A stretch of 64,000 nt of DNA from Candidatus Moraniibacteriota bacterium (GCA_018061645.1 JAGOTT010000005.1:581-64580); one strand, 5' to 3'. Shown: positions 18,736 through 29,406, counted from the first letter of the stretch. Notes: generated by a model from the letters alone, not told the origin. Numbers and translations: made by a program.

Positions 18736-19167
18736 TCAGGGATGGATGACGATTTTCCCCGTCACCGACTCGTCATGTACGAGGCCGAGTGCCTCACCGA
18801 GGGTCCGCATATAGCTCTCAGCCATACGCTTTCCGTAATAGTTCGCACGGAAATACCGTTCGATTTCCTTGCGCACCTTCAAACCGAGCATCTTGAGCTT
18901 CTCCCAGAAGGAAAGGGGATCGATACCGAGCTCATGGAACGTGATACCGTAAAACTTCATCCGGGAAACCATATCCCGGAAACAGGCCATCCTCGCCTCG
19001 ACTTCGATCTGAGGAAAAACCTGGGAAGCGGAAAACCGGCCGATGAAGCGGGTGCTGTCGTCCGACACGACACACCAGTTGAGCCGCAGGACGACCTTCG
19101 CCCCGAATCTGGACAGGTAATCGATGATGAAGCGCACGAAATAGATAACGGACAGTGAAAAGGACAT
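18736..19167 (-). CDS. hypothetical protein
   Basis: 143-aa ORF; the overlapping 381-aa forward ORF 18013-19158 is an Arg-rich antisense artefact. Confidence 0.45.
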   Translation of the reverse strand: MSFSLSVIYFVRFIIDYLSRFGAKVVLRLNWCVVSDDSTRFIGRFSASQVFPQIEVEARMACFRDMVSRMKFYGITFHELGIDPLSFWEKLKMLGLKVRKEIERYFRANYYGKRMAESYMRTLGEALGLVHDESVTGKIVIHP

Positions 19168-19347
19168 GAGTGTCTCCTTTCAAAAGGAAATGGGGACACC
19201 TTCGTTATAACTCTTTTTGGCTGATTGTCAATATCCTGCACAGAATAACGACATCGTGCTTTCAACAGCGCGCATACTTGACGAAATGACGATTTTCTGG
19301 TTGAATGCTCCAGTGTTCTTTTTTCAACCGACAGGAAAGGAGTCGCG

Positions 19348-19707
19348 ATGGAGGCTACGGCGATCATGATCATTCAGGAAATTCCTCACCAAGAATTCGG
19401 GACAGTGAAGCGTCTGATCGCATATCTGGAGCATCACTACCGGGATTCGCATCATTCACTCACCCGCTACGAATACTTTGCGCATCTGTATTACATAGCA
19501 AAGGGGATTCCTTATGAAACCGATATCCTTCAATATTACAACACCTGCCATTTCGTGAGGCTTCAAAATTTTCCCGACATAGAGGAGCTTCTTGCTCTGG
19601 CGAAGAAACGACTCGAGAACGGAGAAATACCGACGGATTGGCGGGAACGACTGGTCAGCTCGATGTGGGCGGCGCAGTCCGAAACCATGGCCGAAATTCC
19701 TCTCTGA
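19348..19707 (+). CDS. hypothetical protein
   Basis: 119 aa; AAAGGAG SD. Confidence 0.5.
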   Translation: MEATAIMIIQEIPHQEFGTVKRLIAYLEHHYRDSHHSLTRYEYFAHLYYIAKGIPYETDILQYYNTCHFVRLQNFPDIEELLALAKKRLENGEIPTDWRERLVSSMWAAQSETMAEIPL

Positions 19708-19838
19708 CAATCACCTGCGGAGAACGACCGGCGCGAAGATGCGACGGTCGTCATTTTTTATCCGTCCGTTTTTTTTGGAACGATCGACGGAGCGTACTAT
19801 AATGAAACCATGATTATAATTCGAATATCTCTCCTCAT

Positions 19839-20744
19839 ATGAGACTTTTCAAGACACTGAAATCAAGCATCCACGACCCGGTATTTTACCGATCCATACG
19901 TGAGCGAAAGACTTCGTCGTCCTTCGGATACTTCGCGTTACTCATACTCGTAGCGTCGCTCATATCCTCGACAAAGCCGGTCGCCGATATCGCCGGCTTC
20001 ATTTTCCAACCGTCGGAAAAGAAGGATGCGCTCCGGAAGGAGATACTCTCGCTCTATCCGGACGAACTTTCGATACGTTTCGAGAACGGAACGGTATCGA
20101 CCAATGTCGCCGAGCCGTTCGCCATTCCGCTTCCGTATTCCCTTGGTAAAGAGACGGGCGGCCATCAGGAATATCCGAAAAATCTTCTCGTCATCGATAC
20201 GACGAAACCGATTTCATCCGGAGATTTCGAAACATTCGACACTATCGCCATCCTCGGGCGCGACAGCATCGGATTCCACGATCCGGAAGAACGGAAAACC
20301 GAAATCCGGGGGATCGGTGAGATGTCCGGGGAGTCCTTCTCGCTCGACAAGGGTCGGTTCGTCTCGTTCGTCGGGATAGCGGAGAGGTTCGCGAAAGGAT
20401 TCGGCGTCGCGTTCCTGTTTCTTCTCCCGATCGTCGTATTCACGGCAAAGCTCGCCGGGTTCCTCCTCTATCTCCTCTTCGGAGCGCTCGTCATCTGGAT
20501 CGTCGCGAAAGCGAGAGGCACTGACTGGAGATACGGAGAATCGTACAAGGCCGGTCTTCATCTCATGACCCTCCCCATCCTCTACGGGATCCTGTCATCA
20601 GCACCCTTCGTCCCGGCTCTCCACATACCGTTCCTCTTCACGGCGATACTCGCTATCGCGACAGCGATAAACCTCGCCAGGCTCCCGGAGCCGCAAAAAC
20701 CAACTGTCCCGGAAACGGACTCGTCCGAACCGATAGCATCGTGA
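19839..20744 (+). CDS. hypothetical integral membrane protein
   Basis: 301 aa with several hydrophobic helices. Confidence 0.55.
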   Translation: MRLFKTLKSSIHDPVFYRSIRERKTSSSFGYFALLILVASLISSTKPVADIAGFIFQPSEKKDALRKEILSLYPDELSIRFENGTVSTNVAEPFAIPLPYSLGKETGGHQEYPKNLLVIDTTKPISSGDFETFDTIAILGRDSIGFHDPEERKTEIRGIGEMSGESFSLDKGRFVSFVGIAERFAKGFGVAFLFLLPIVVFTAKLAGFLLYLLFGALVIWIVAKARGTDWRYGESYKAGLHLMTLPILYGILSSAPFVPALHIPFLFTAILAIATAINLARLPEPQKPTVPETDSSEPIAS

Positions 20745-20746
20745 TC

Positions 20747-21325
20747 ATGGAGATATCATCCGCACAATTCCTGAAAGGAGTCATCGGCTCCGAAGGCCTG
20801 CCGCAACCGGAACGTCTGACGGTCGCCTTTTTCGGTCGTTCGAACGTGGGAAAATCGAGCGTCATCAACTCGCTCGTACGTCAAAAAGATCTCGCGCGCT
20901 CGAGTTCCCGACCCGGACGGACGACCGAGATAAACTACTTTCTCATAAACGGCACCTGGCACCTCGCCGATACCCCCGGATACGGGTACGCGAAGCTGCC
21001 GCTTGCGAAGCGCGAAAAGATCCGGAAGCACCTCCTGTGGTACGCCGAAAATCCGGAAGCGAAACTTTCATGCGCGACGGTCATAGTCGATGCCGAAATC
21101 GGTGCGCAGGATTCGGATCGGGAAATGATCGGGATACTGGCTGCCGCCGGACGTACGGTCGTCATCATCGCGAACAAGGCGGACAAAGGAAAGCGGAACG
21201 ACATCGCGAACCACATCCGCATACTCCGGGAAGAATTCCCGGACTGCACGGTCGTCCGATATTCGGCAAAGACAGGAGAGGGCCGATCCGAACTACTCGA
21301 TATCCTTTGGCCGGAAAAACAATGA
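20747..21325 (+). CDS. engB: ribosome biogenesis GTP-binding protein EngB/YsxC
   Basis: GRSNVGKSS (G1), DTPGYG (G3), NKAD (G4); the ORF-track start 20741 is a GTG two codons upstream. Confidence 0.85.
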   Translation: MEISSAQFLKGVIGSEGLPQPERLTVAFFGRSNVGKSSVINSLVRQKDLARSSSRPGRTTEINYFLINGTWHLADTPGYGYAKLPLAKREKIRKHLLWYAENPEAKLSCATVIVDAEIGAQDSDREMIGILAAAGRTVVIIANKADKGKRNDIANHIRILREEFPDCTVVRYSAKTGEGRSELLDILWPEKQ

Positions 21326-21630
21326 ATGGATCACCCGTCATCAAGGTATGCTGCTCCGGAAGATGCAAGGGGCGGGGAAGCGGGCGTATTTTCGCCGTAC
21401 TCGAACGGGAATATGCCACGGAAGGCATAGTCGAAAAAACGGACGAATGCATGGGGTATTGCGGCATGGGTCCGAATGTCGCGGTGAATGGGAACATCCT
21501 GCACCAGCTGCATCCGGAGAATGCGGCGAAACGGATCCGGGAGGAAGCGACCCACCCGTCACCGAAAATACACGGGCTTGGCGCGAAAACGATCGACGAC
21601 CTTGACTCCGTTCTCGACGATCTTTTTTAG
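21322..21630 (+). CDS. thioredoxin-like [2Fe-2S] ferredoxin family protein
   Basis: 102 aa; CCSGRC...CMGYCGMGP 4-Cys pattern; the ATG overlaps the engB stop (ATGA). Confidence 0.55.
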   Translation: MNGSPVIKVCCSGRCKGRGSGRIFAVLEREYATEGIVEKTDECMGYCGMGPNVAVNGNILHQLHPENAAKRIREEATHPSPKIHGLGAKTIDDLDSVLDDLF

Positions 21631-21646
21631 ACGGGTATGGTCCTGA

Positions 21647-21690
21647 AAAAGAAAGAAGGAGCCCCGTTTTACGAGACTCCTTTTTTCGAC
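21647..21690. terminator. hairpin plus T-run between convergent genes
   Basis: AGGAG...CTCCT followed by TTTTTTCG. Confidence 0.4.
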
Positions 21691-21716
21691 CCATTCCGAT
21701 CGCGGAGTTGATCCGA

Positions 21717-22136
21717 CTACCCGAGATCTGCTCCCGAACGCTTCACAAGGAGCGCGCTTGTCCGTTTCTCGCAGTCCTTCAGCATGAGATCATGAAGAAA
21801 AAGCCTGAAGAAGAGGAGAACTTGTTCCTCGGTCATCCGAATCCGAAGAAACAGCGTGCGGTCATCGTCCGCGTCACGGAATGTCCATTGTTCGACATTC
21901 GTGATGATGGCGCCGAGTTCATCAGGACTTCCGATGCCGAAATCCGACAAGACATAGCCGGCATCGAATGCGCGACGAATTTCGAGAAGCATGGTGACCC
22001 GAAGGGCGCCGTTCAGACGCGATCCGGAGTTCCCATCGCGCAACAGGCGGACGTGGCCCCGTATCTGTTTCAGCCAAAGCGAATGCCGATGTTTCTTCAC
22101 GACCGACCTGATACCGCTTATTCCCGCTGTGATCAT
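21717..22136 (-). CDS. hypothetical protein
   Basis: 139 aa; strong GAGGAGG SD. Confidence 0.5.
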   Translation of the reverse strand: MITAGISGIRSVVKKHRHSLWLKQIRGHVRLLRDGNSGSRLNGALRVTMLLEIRRAFDAGYVLSDFGIGSPDELGAIITNVEQWTFRDADDDRTLFLRIRMTEEQVLLFFRLFLHDLMLKDCEKRTSALLVKRSGADLG

Positions 22137-22287
22137 GATTTCCTCCTCGGAAAAAATTTTGAAGATGTGAAGGTGCTACCTGTAATAGAAAAATTTAGCA
22201 TATTTCAGCCTTTTTGTCAATTGCTCGCATAAAAGAAGCGTGATACCATAGTTCTCCATCGGGATAATCATCAAATCACACCCGTGT

Positions 22288-22722
22288 ATGCAGGAAATCA
22301 TCGCGAAAGCGAAGGTGCTGTTCGCCAGGGGGGCGAAAAAAATCCGTTCGATGCGGAAAGATGCGGCAGAAGAAGGGAAGGAACTCGTCCGCGAGGCGGA
22401 GACCGAGGAGATTTTCGTCGAAGAAGTCGCCAAAGAAACATTCAGGGAACGATGGGAGGCTCTCAGAACGAACGCCTCGGCGCTGTTCGGAAAACTCTCT
22501 TCCCGGGAACGGATCGCACTTATTTTAATAGTCGGAATCGCTATCGGCTTCGGCGCAAAAACCATGGCGACAGGATCGCTGACGATCGGATACCGGGACT
22601 ACACCACGAGAAACACCGATACATACGATCTCATCGCGCTTCAGAAGAAAGTCGCGGAGGAGGGTTCGAACGCGGCATTTTCCGGAGGAGGGGCGGCCGA
22701 CGGAGGCACCTGTTCGCAGTAA
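22288..22722 (+). CDS. hypothetical protein with one central TM segment
   Basis: 144 aa; start uncertain (weak SD). Confidence 0.4.
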   Translation: MQEIIAKAKVLFARGAKKIRSMRKDAAEEGKELVREAETEEIFVEEVAKETFRERWEALRTNASALFGKLSSRERIALILIVGIAIGFGAKTMATGSLTIGYRDYTTRNTDTYDLIALQKKVAEEGSNAAFSGGGAADGGTCSQ

Positions 22723-22740
22723 CAGATTCATCATAACACT

Positions 22741-23979
22741 ATGAGTAAAAAGCACCGGAGGTACGGCCAGAATCCGCACCAGACTCCGATGGATCACCGG
22801 GTGATGGAAACGGAGATGGCCGGCATCGAGACGAAGAGCGAGCTGGTCATGACGGAAACAGTCGAACCGGAAAAATCGGAACCCATTAATTCATCCATCG
22901 GAACAGCTATGCCATCGTTCGAAGAGGAGCCCGTCGAAGAAACGCTCGAGAAGGAGCAGGAAAAGGAGCCGACATCCGAATCCGATCGCATGAAGAACCT
23001 CACTTCCGCGATCATTCTGCTCGGCGGAATGTTTGTCGGCAGCCTGTTCGTCGATCTCGGACAACTCATCTCGCGCGAAGGCTTCTCGCCTCGGGCAGTC
23101 CGGGAGAGTACCATCCTTGAAGCTGCCGGAAAGACCTGGGTCGCCTACGCAGATCCGAAAGTCACCGTCCAGGTTGTCACGAAAGCGGAGTGCGCGGCCT
23201 GCGCTCCGGACGAAGCGCTCGTCTGGCTCCGTCGAATCCTTCCGACCATGGAGGCATCACCGATCGAAGCGGAAACGGAGACCGGAAAGGCGCTGGTCGA
23301 GAAGTTCGGCGTCACGACTCTTCCGGCATTCATTTTCTCGAAAGAAGTCGAGAGTACCGATTTTTACGGTGTCGCCGCGGAGATTTTCACGGAAAACAAC
23401 GGGAAATATCTCCTCGATACCGGGCGGCTCGGTCTCAAACCGGGAAAATATCTCTCCTTACCGGAAATGAAAGCCGATTCCATCGTCATCGGATCACGTG
23501 AAGCGAAAGTGACAGTGATTGAATATTCCGATTTCCAATGCCCGTACTGCAAATCGTTCCATGCCTCGGTACGACAGATGCTCGACGAATACGGCGACAG
23601 AATCGCGTACGTCTACAAGCATCTCCCGCTCTCCTTCCATCCGCAGGCGGAAAACGCCGCACTCGCATCCGAATGTGCCAACGAGCAGGGAAAATTCGCG
23701 CCCTATATGGACACCCTTTTCGACAAACAGGCTGAATGGGGGAATACCAAGGGAACCCAGAAATTCAAGGACTACGCCCGCAGACTCGGACTCAAACCAG
23801 AATTCAATGCATGTCTTGATGACAAGAAATACGCCGACAAGGTGAATGCGGACATGGAGGAGGCCGCGAAATTCGGTGTCGACGGAACTCCGGGAATCTT
23901 CGTCGGGGACGAGTTTTTCGCCGGAGCGGTACAGTATCCGGAACTCAAGTCCGCCATCGACGGACAGATGGCCGAGTAA
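22741..23979 (+). CDS. DsbA-family thiol:disulfide oxidoreductase (membrane-anchored, thioredoxin fold)
   Basis: 412 aa; N-terminal TM; CPYC active site; second thioredoxin-like domain. Confidence 0.7.
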   Translation: MSKKHRRYGQNPHQTPMDHRVMETEMAGIETKSELVMTETVEPEKSEPINSSIGTAMPSFEEEPVEETLEKEQEKEPTSESDRMKNLTSAIILLGGMFVGSLFVDLGQLISREGFSPRAVRESTILEAAGKTWVAYADPKVTVQVVTKAECAACAPDEALVWLRRILPTMEASPIEAETETGKALVEKFGVTTLPAFIFSKEVESTDFYGVAAEIFTENNGKYLLDTGRLGLKPGKYLSLPEMKADSIVIGSREAKVTVIEYSDFQCPYCKSFHASVRQMLDEYGDRIAYVYKHLPLSFHPQAENAALASECANEQGKFAPYMDTLFDKQAEWGNTKGTQKFKDYARRLGLKPEFNACLDDKKYADKVNADMEEAAKFGVDGTPGIFVGDEFFAGAVQYPELKSAIDGQMAE

Positions 23980-24010
23980 GGACGGCCCGACCGAAACAGG
24001 AACGAAAACA

Positions 24011-24036
24011 CCCGGGGTTTCCCTCGGGTGTTTTTC
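24011..24036 (+). terminator. rho-independent terminator
   Basis: CACCCGGG...CCCTCGGGTG followed by TTTTTCTG. Confidence 0.55.
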
Positions 24037-24045
24037 TGTCTGATG

Positions 24046-24118
24046 AGCCAGCGACCAGGATTGAACTGGTGACCTGCGCGTTACGAGTGCGCCGCTCTAC
24101 CGACTGAGCTACGCTGGC
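24046..24118 (-). tRNA. tRNA-Thr (anticodon CGU)
   Basis: Cloverleaf: GCCAGCG acceptor, GCTC/GAGC D-stem, anticodon loop CUCGUAA, TTCAATC T-loop; CCA not encoded. Confidence 0.8.
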
Positions 24119-24201
24119 AACTACGGAAAAAGGATAACGGAAAAATGGCGGATTGGCAAGAAGAAGCCCCGGCACGATTTCGTGTCGGGGCCGACACCTG
24201 A

Positions 24202-25014
24202 TCAAATATCGAGCGGCGATGCATCCTTGACGAGTCCCCCGGCAAGATACGGATCGAATGGAAGTTCGATTCCGAGAGGGCAGACTGTTTCATGAAGCAT
24301 CGGCGCGAGCGCGTATCGCACGCGGGCTCCGTTCATGAGAGGCGATTCGCCGAGAGCGCGCTCGTATCGGGCGCGCTGTATCGGAGAAAACGGGATCAGG
24401 AACCGAATTTCGCCCTCGACAGCGACGGCATATACCGCTCCTCCCGAGGACACCTTCGAATACCCGGGTTCCCCATGCGGACAATCCATACAGTGACGAT
24501 GTCTCGCCTTCGCTATCTCCTTCAGAAACGACCGGGGAATAGGCGATAGCGAGCACGTTCCGGAGCGGAATCCGGCCCATACACGAAGATACGGAACACC
24601 GCCTTTCCCGGCCTGTACCCAGAAATGGGTCGGCACGACCTCTTGCCGGTTCATTCCGCACGATGAAAGGATTCTCCTGAACGAGGATTCCCGGAAAGAT
24701 CGGCGGATCGACAGGATCTTTTCATATACACTCCTCTTGCCAGCCCTCATCGCGTCTTTTCCGAGAGAATCGAGCGCGGTTTCAGGAGAGACTTCAGCCA
24801 TCGAAAAAAGCATCTTCCTCTGTCGATCGTTCATCGGCAATTCTGAAATCAAGAGAGTGACGGAATCGTGACAGAGCTTCCACCTCAATGCCGGAATGTC
24901 TCCTTTCGGCATTTCATGGAGAAAAGCGAAGCGCTCCCGAAAACTCGAAGAGAAATTCCGGAGAACATCGACGGCAGCATCCGCCCGTACAAGCGGGATA
25001 TCGTTCCAACTCAT
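24202..25014 (-). CDS. hypothetical protein
   Basis: 270 aa; GGAGG SD; contains HRHCMDCPHGEPG and HETVCPLG. Confidence 0.5.
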   Translation of the reverse strand: MSWNDIPLVRADAAVDVLRNFSSSFRERFAFLHEMPKGDIPALRWKLCHDSVTLLISELPMNDRQRKMLFSMAEVSPETALDSLGKDAMRAGKRSVYEKILSIRRSFRESSFRRILSSCGMNRQEVVPTHFWVQAGKGGVPYLRVWAGFRSGTCSLSPIPRSFLKEIAKARHRHCMDCPHGEPGYSKVSSGGAVYAVAVEGEIRFLIPFSPIQRARYERALGESPLMNGARVRYALAPMLHETVCPLGIELPFDPYLAGGLVKDASPLDI

Positions 25015-25160
25015 GACGACCTCCTTTTTTCTGAAAAAGATTCAAAGAACATGATGCATCATAATGTCATAGAGTATCGGTTATGTCAATATTGATTTTA
25101 TCCCGGCGAAACCGTACCATTTTCGTATCGATTTGTTCTTCGCGGGAAAAGGAGGCTGAC

Positions 25161-25532
25161 ATGACGCTACCTTTCGAATACGGTATCTACGAAAGAATTC
25201 TTTCCGCTCTCGACACGATAGCGATCAGGGCGGAAAGCCAGGGGATATCCGACGGGGCTCCGCTTCGGGTGGGACGATGCTGGGAAGGAAACCGGCTTAT
25301 TCCATGCATCAAGAAACGTCAGGAAGTGACATTTTTCGGCCTGTTCATCCTTTATCGGGAAGATCGCGTCCTCGTTTCGGTGGACAATATACTTCACGAT
25401 GAAAGGATGCTGCGGATGGCCTCCTTTGAGAAAGCCATGACCGCCATCGCGATCGAAGAGCTCCAGGGACTCGCGGAGCGCATCGGAGCAAAGCTCCAAT
25501 ACCGGGAAATCCTTGATTCTGCCGGAGTGTGA
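25161..25532 (+). CDS. hypothetical protein
   Basis: 123 aa from ATG 25161 with AAAAGGAGG SD. Confidence 0.45.
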   Translation: MTLPFEYGIYERILSALDTIAIRAESQGISDGAPLRVGRCWEGNRLIPCIKKRQEVTFFGLFILYREDRVLVSVDNILHDERMLRMASFEKAMTAIAIEELQGLAERIGAKLQYREILDSAGV

Positions 25533-25582
25533 CCACTCCGGCTTTTTTCTTTCCTGAAAATCATGATATACTTGAACCACGT

Positions 25583-26685
25583 TATGGAAGAACTCAGTGA
25601 AACGATAGCGGCTCTTCAACAAAAACTCCTGCACCTGCAGGACTATCTTTGACTTGCCCCGGAAAGACGCGAGAAGGGAGGAATTGAAACAGGAAAGCGG
25701 CAGATCTGACCTTTGGAACGATCCCTCAGCAGCAGCGAAGATTCTTCGTGAACTCGAGACACTCGAGAAGGAAAAGGTGTCCTTCGACCGATTGCGTCTC
25801 GCGCTTGAAGATGCATCCGAACTCGCATCGCTTCAGGATCTCGGAGAAGAGGCCGAAACCGGACTTCGTGCCGATGTCGGGTCTCTCGAGAAAGAAATCG
25901 GGGAATGGGAGTTCAAAACGCTGCTTTCGGGAACGCATGACCGCAGCGACGCGCTTCTCTCGATCCATGCCGGAGCCGGCGGTTCCGACGCCCAAGACTG
26001 GGCGGAGATGCTTCTCCGCATGTATCTCCGATATGCCGAAAGAAAGGGGTTCCAGGCGACGATCATCGACGAATCCCGCGGCACGGAGGCGGGCATCAAG
26101 AGCGTGACGATCGAGATCTCCGGCGAATACGCCTACGGATATCTCAAGGCGGAGGCCGGAGTCCATCGGCTCGTCCGCCTCTCTCCCTTCAACGCGAACG
26201 ACCTCCGCCAGACATCCTTCGCACTCGTCGAGATCCTTCCGGTACTCGACGATTCCGAGGAAATCGCGATCAGAACCGAAGACCTCCGCATCGACACATA
26301 TCGGGCATCCGGAGCCGGCGGCCAACACGTGAACAAGACCGACAGTGCCGTCCGCATCACGCACCTCCCGACAAACATCGTCGCAAGTTCGCAAAGCGAA
26401 CGTTCCCAGCTCCAGAACCGGGAAAACGCGATGAAACTCCTCAAGTCAAAGCTCTGGGAACGGCAAACGGCCGAACGCGATGCCGAAAAAAAGGAGCTGA
26501 AGGGGGAGCACAAGAGTGCGGAGTGGGGAAATCAGATACGCTCGTATGTCCTCCACCCCTACACCATGGTCAAGGATCACCGGACGAAGACGGAAACCAG
26601 CAACGCACAGAAGGTGCTCGACGGCGATATCGAAAATTTCATAGAAGACGAACTCCGCCGCAGGGCGGTGCCAAAAGAAACATAA
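25583..26685 (+). CDS. prfB: peptide chain release factor 2 (programmed +1 frameshift at CTT TGA C, 25647-25653)
   Basis: Main frame has SPF and GGQ (GGQHVNKTDSAVRITH) motifs. The leader ORF MEELSETIAALQQK... and the shift site TAT CTT TGA C are classical, and the post-shift DLPRKDARREEL...WNDP matches E. coli DYDAKKERLEE...WNEP. Confidence 0.85.
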
Positions 26686-26694
26686 ACGAAACGT

Positions 26695-27489
26695 ATGGAT
26701 ACAATGAACAGGAATGGGACGGAACTGAACGGGAACACGGAACCCGTTCCGGCGGATCCTGCTACCAAGAAAATCGCCCCCATCATCCTTCTCGACAAGG
26801 TTACGAAGACATTCTCCGGAGACGCTCCGGCACTCGAGGGCGTCAGTATCCGCATCATGCAGGGAGAATTCGTCTCACTCGTCGGGGCAAGCGGCGCCGG
26901 AAAGTCCACCATGCTCAAACTCATCTATGCCGAAGAAGAACCGACTTCGGGTCGCATATTTTTCAGGGGACGCGATATCGGAAAAATCAACCGGAAACAT
27001 CTCCCGTACTATCGCCGCAACATAGGCACTATCTTCCAGGATTTCAAGCTTCTTCCGCAGAAAACTGCTTTCGAGAACGTCGCCTATGCGCTCGAGGTGT
27101 ACGGGAAACCGACCGAGGAAATCATGGAGGAGGTTCCGGAGATCCTCGAAATCGTCGGGCTCACGGGAAAAGCGAAAAAATTTCCGAAGCAGCTCTCAGG
27201 AGGCGAGCAGCAGCGTGTCGCCATAGCCCGAGCCCTCATACTCAGGCCCGACATCATCATCGCGGACGAGCCGACCGGAAACCTCGATCCGGACTCCGCC
27301 GAAGAGATCATCAGTCTCCTACTTGAGGTGAACGGGCTCGGAACGACCGTCATCCTCGCGACGCATAACAAGGGACTCGTGGACAAGATGGACCGTCGCG
27401 TGATCGTCCTCGACGACGGACACCTCGTATCGGATGAACTCCGGGGGAAATACGTCCTCCCGGAAAAACGGAAAAAACAGACCATATGA
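26695..27489 (+). CDS. ftsE: cell division ATP-binding protein FtsE
   Basis: GASGAGKST Walker A, LSGGEQQR signature, ADEPTGNLD Walker B. Confidence 0.9.
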   Translation: MDTMNRNGTELNGNTEPVPADPATKKIAPIILLDKVTKTFSGDAPALEGVSIRIMQGEFVSLVGASGAGKSTMLKLIYAEEEPTSGRIFFRGRDIGKINRKHLPYYRRNIGTIFQDFKLLPQKTAFENVAYALEVYGKPTEEIMEEVPEILEIVGLTGKAKKFPKQLSGGEQQRVAIARALILRPDIIIADEPTGNLDPDSAEEIISLLLEVNGLGTTVILATHNKGLVDKMDRRVIVLDDGHLVSDELRGKYVLPEKRKKQTI

Positions 27490-28406
27490 AAATCATCAAA
27501 CTCTGGCGCACTTTCAAGGAGGGTGCGGAAAACTATCGCCGAAACGGGTGGCTCACCTTCGCTACGGTTTCCGTCCTGACGCTTTCGCTGTTCGTCATCG
27601 GACTTGCCGCACTCATCGGCTTCGCCGGGCACCTCTCACTCCGGAGCCTCGAAGAAAAGATCAGCATCAGCGTCTCCTTCAAACCGGAAACGGGCGAGGC
27701 GCGTATCCTCGAGATACGACAGGAGCTCGAAAAAGCGAGGATGGAAATCGCTTCCGTCGAATATATCTCCCGGGAAGAGGCCCTCGAGGAGTTTCTTCGT
27801 GACGGGAATCCGGTGTTCTCCGATGCCGTCAGGGAGATAGGCGAAAACCCGCTCCTCTCATCCCTTGTCATCAAGGCGACCGATCCGACACACTACGACC
27901 TCATCGCTTCGAAGATACAGGAATCCGCCTATGCGCAGGATATCGAACGCGTGAACTATGAACGGAACAAGAGGCAGATAGAAGGGCTCAGGAATTTCAC
28001 CGACCGCATCCGGAATATCGGTCTCGTCCTGGGTGGGATGTTCGCGCTCATCGCTCTCCTCATCACCTTCAATACGATCCGGCTCACCATCTACTCGCAC
28101 CACCAGGAATTCGAGGTTATGCGTCTCGTCGGTGCTTCGAACCTCTATATCAAGATGCCGTTCTTTTTTGAGGGCATCTTCTACGGACTGACGGCGGCCC
28201 TGGTAACCATCGTCTTTCTCTCCGGTGCGACTTTCGCGCTCTCCGAGACTATCGGAGCGCTTTTCACCGATATCCTCGATGGAAAGAGTTTCTTCCAGGT
28301 CTATGTCTCCTTTCTCTGGCTGTTCATCCCGAGCATTATGATCGGAAGCGTTCTCTTCGGCGTCGTCTCGAGTTTCATCGCCATCCGTCGCTACCTCCGG
28401 ATCTGA
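27486..28406 (+). CDS. ftsX: cell division permease FtsX
   Basis: 306 aa; 4 TM with large periplasmic loop; overlaps ftsE by 4 nt. Confidence 0.85.
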   Translation: MKIIKLWRTFKEGAENYRRNGWLTFATVSVLTLSLFVIGLAALIGFAGHLSLRSLEEKISISVSFKPETGEARILEIRQELEKARMEIASVEYISREEALEEFLRDGNPVFSDAVREIGENPLLSSLVIKATDPTHYDLIASKIQESAYAQDIERVNYERNKRQIEGLRNFTDRIRNIGLVLGGMFALIALLITFNTIRLTIYSHHQEFEVMRLVGASNLYIKMPFFFEGIFYGLTAALVTIVFLSGATFALSETIGALFTDILDGKSFFQVYVSFLWLFIPSIMIGSVLFGVVSSFIAIRRYLRI

Positions 28407-28511
28407 AATCGAAGCGAGAGGGACGCGGCGCATCCTTGACCGGAAATGACTTTTCTGGTATTTTTTCTTGCTCAGTCATTTTCCAATCAACCAAGCGAAA
28501 GGAGTTCTACC

Positions 28512-29204
28512 ATGAGCGCACTCGACCCCGTATTGCGGCTTCTCGAACAGGGGACCGAGAACCGGGAAACGTTTTTCAGGCGGATTGAACGGTTTTTTCC
28601 GACTCTCGACCCACGGTACAAGGCGATCGAAAAAGCCTATAACGACGCAAAGGATGCCTTCCATGGCAAGGAACGCGAGGGCGGCGATCGATACTTCGAG
28701 CATATCCGCGCGGTGGCGCTCATCCTGATCGATCATCTCCGGATCAGGAACCACACCCTCATCATCGCCGCGCTGCTCCACGACATCGTCGAAGACTGCC
28801 CGGAATGGACTATACTCCGCGTCCGCATCGGATACGGTGAGGAGGTGGCGCTTCTCGTCGAATGGCTCACCAAACCGGATCACGAGGGAAATTCGAAGCA
28901 GGAAAACGTCCGCATCTACCACGAACGATTCCGCTTCGCGCCGAGGGAGTTCTTTCTCATCAAGCTGGCGGATCGTCTCCATAACCTCATCACGCTCTGG
29001 CCCTGTTCTCCTGAAAAGAAACTCAGGAAAATAGAAGAGACCTGGGCATACTACGTCATCTGGGCGGAAGAACACTGCATTCTCGTCCACGAGATCGAAG
29101 AGGCGCTCGCCCAACTCGAAAGCGTCATAAACGGTGAACGCAAACGGGAAACGCCACCCAAAGACTCTCTCGGACTCGAGAGCGAAGACGACATACCGTT
29201 CTGA
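28512..29204 (+). CDS. HD-domain (p)ppGpp hydrolase-like protein (RelA/SpoT hydrolase domain; small alarmone hydrolase)
   Basis: HIRAVALILID...LLHDIVED HD signature; AAAGGAG SD at the ATG 28512. Confidence 0.65.
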   Translation: MSALDPVLRLLEQGTENRETFFRRIERFFPTLDPRYKAIEKAYNDAKDAFHGKEREGGDRYFEHIRAVALILIDHLRIRNHTLIIAALLHDIVEDCPEWTILRVRIGYGEEVALLVEWLTKPDHEGNSKQENVRIYHERFRFAPREFFLIKLADRLHNLITLWPCSPEKKLRKIEETWAYYVIWAEEHCILVHEIEEALAQLESVINGERKRETPPKDSLGLESEDDIPF

Positions 29205-29209
29205 TCGAC

Positions 29210-29250
29210 GATCCCGGCTTTCCTTCCAGGAAGCCGGCTTTTTCTTTCCC
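29210..29250 (+). terminator. rho-independent terminator
   Basis: CCGGCTTTCC...GGAAGCCGG followed by CTTTTTCTTTCC. Confidence 0.5.
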
Positions 29251-29337
29251 TCGGAGTCTTGATTTTTTCCCACGTTTAGGGTATCTTTTTGGAGGATTCA
29301 GGTTCACCCTGTTTTTGTTTGGTTTTTCGCTGTATCT

Positions 29338-29362
29338 GTCATTCTGAGCGGAGCGAAGAATC
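29338..29362. repeat. 25-nt hairpin repeat family, copy a (GTCATTCTGAGCGGAGCGAAGAATC)
   Basis: 69 nt upstream of tRNA-Gln. Confidence 0.6.
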
Positions 29363-29406
29363 TCGTATTCCCTGTTCTTTGTTGTTTGTTAGCTGTTAAT
29401 TGATTT

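Noticed and set aside
18013-19158. 381-aa forward ORF
   Set aside because: Antisense to two minus-strand genes with SDs; Arg-rich composition.
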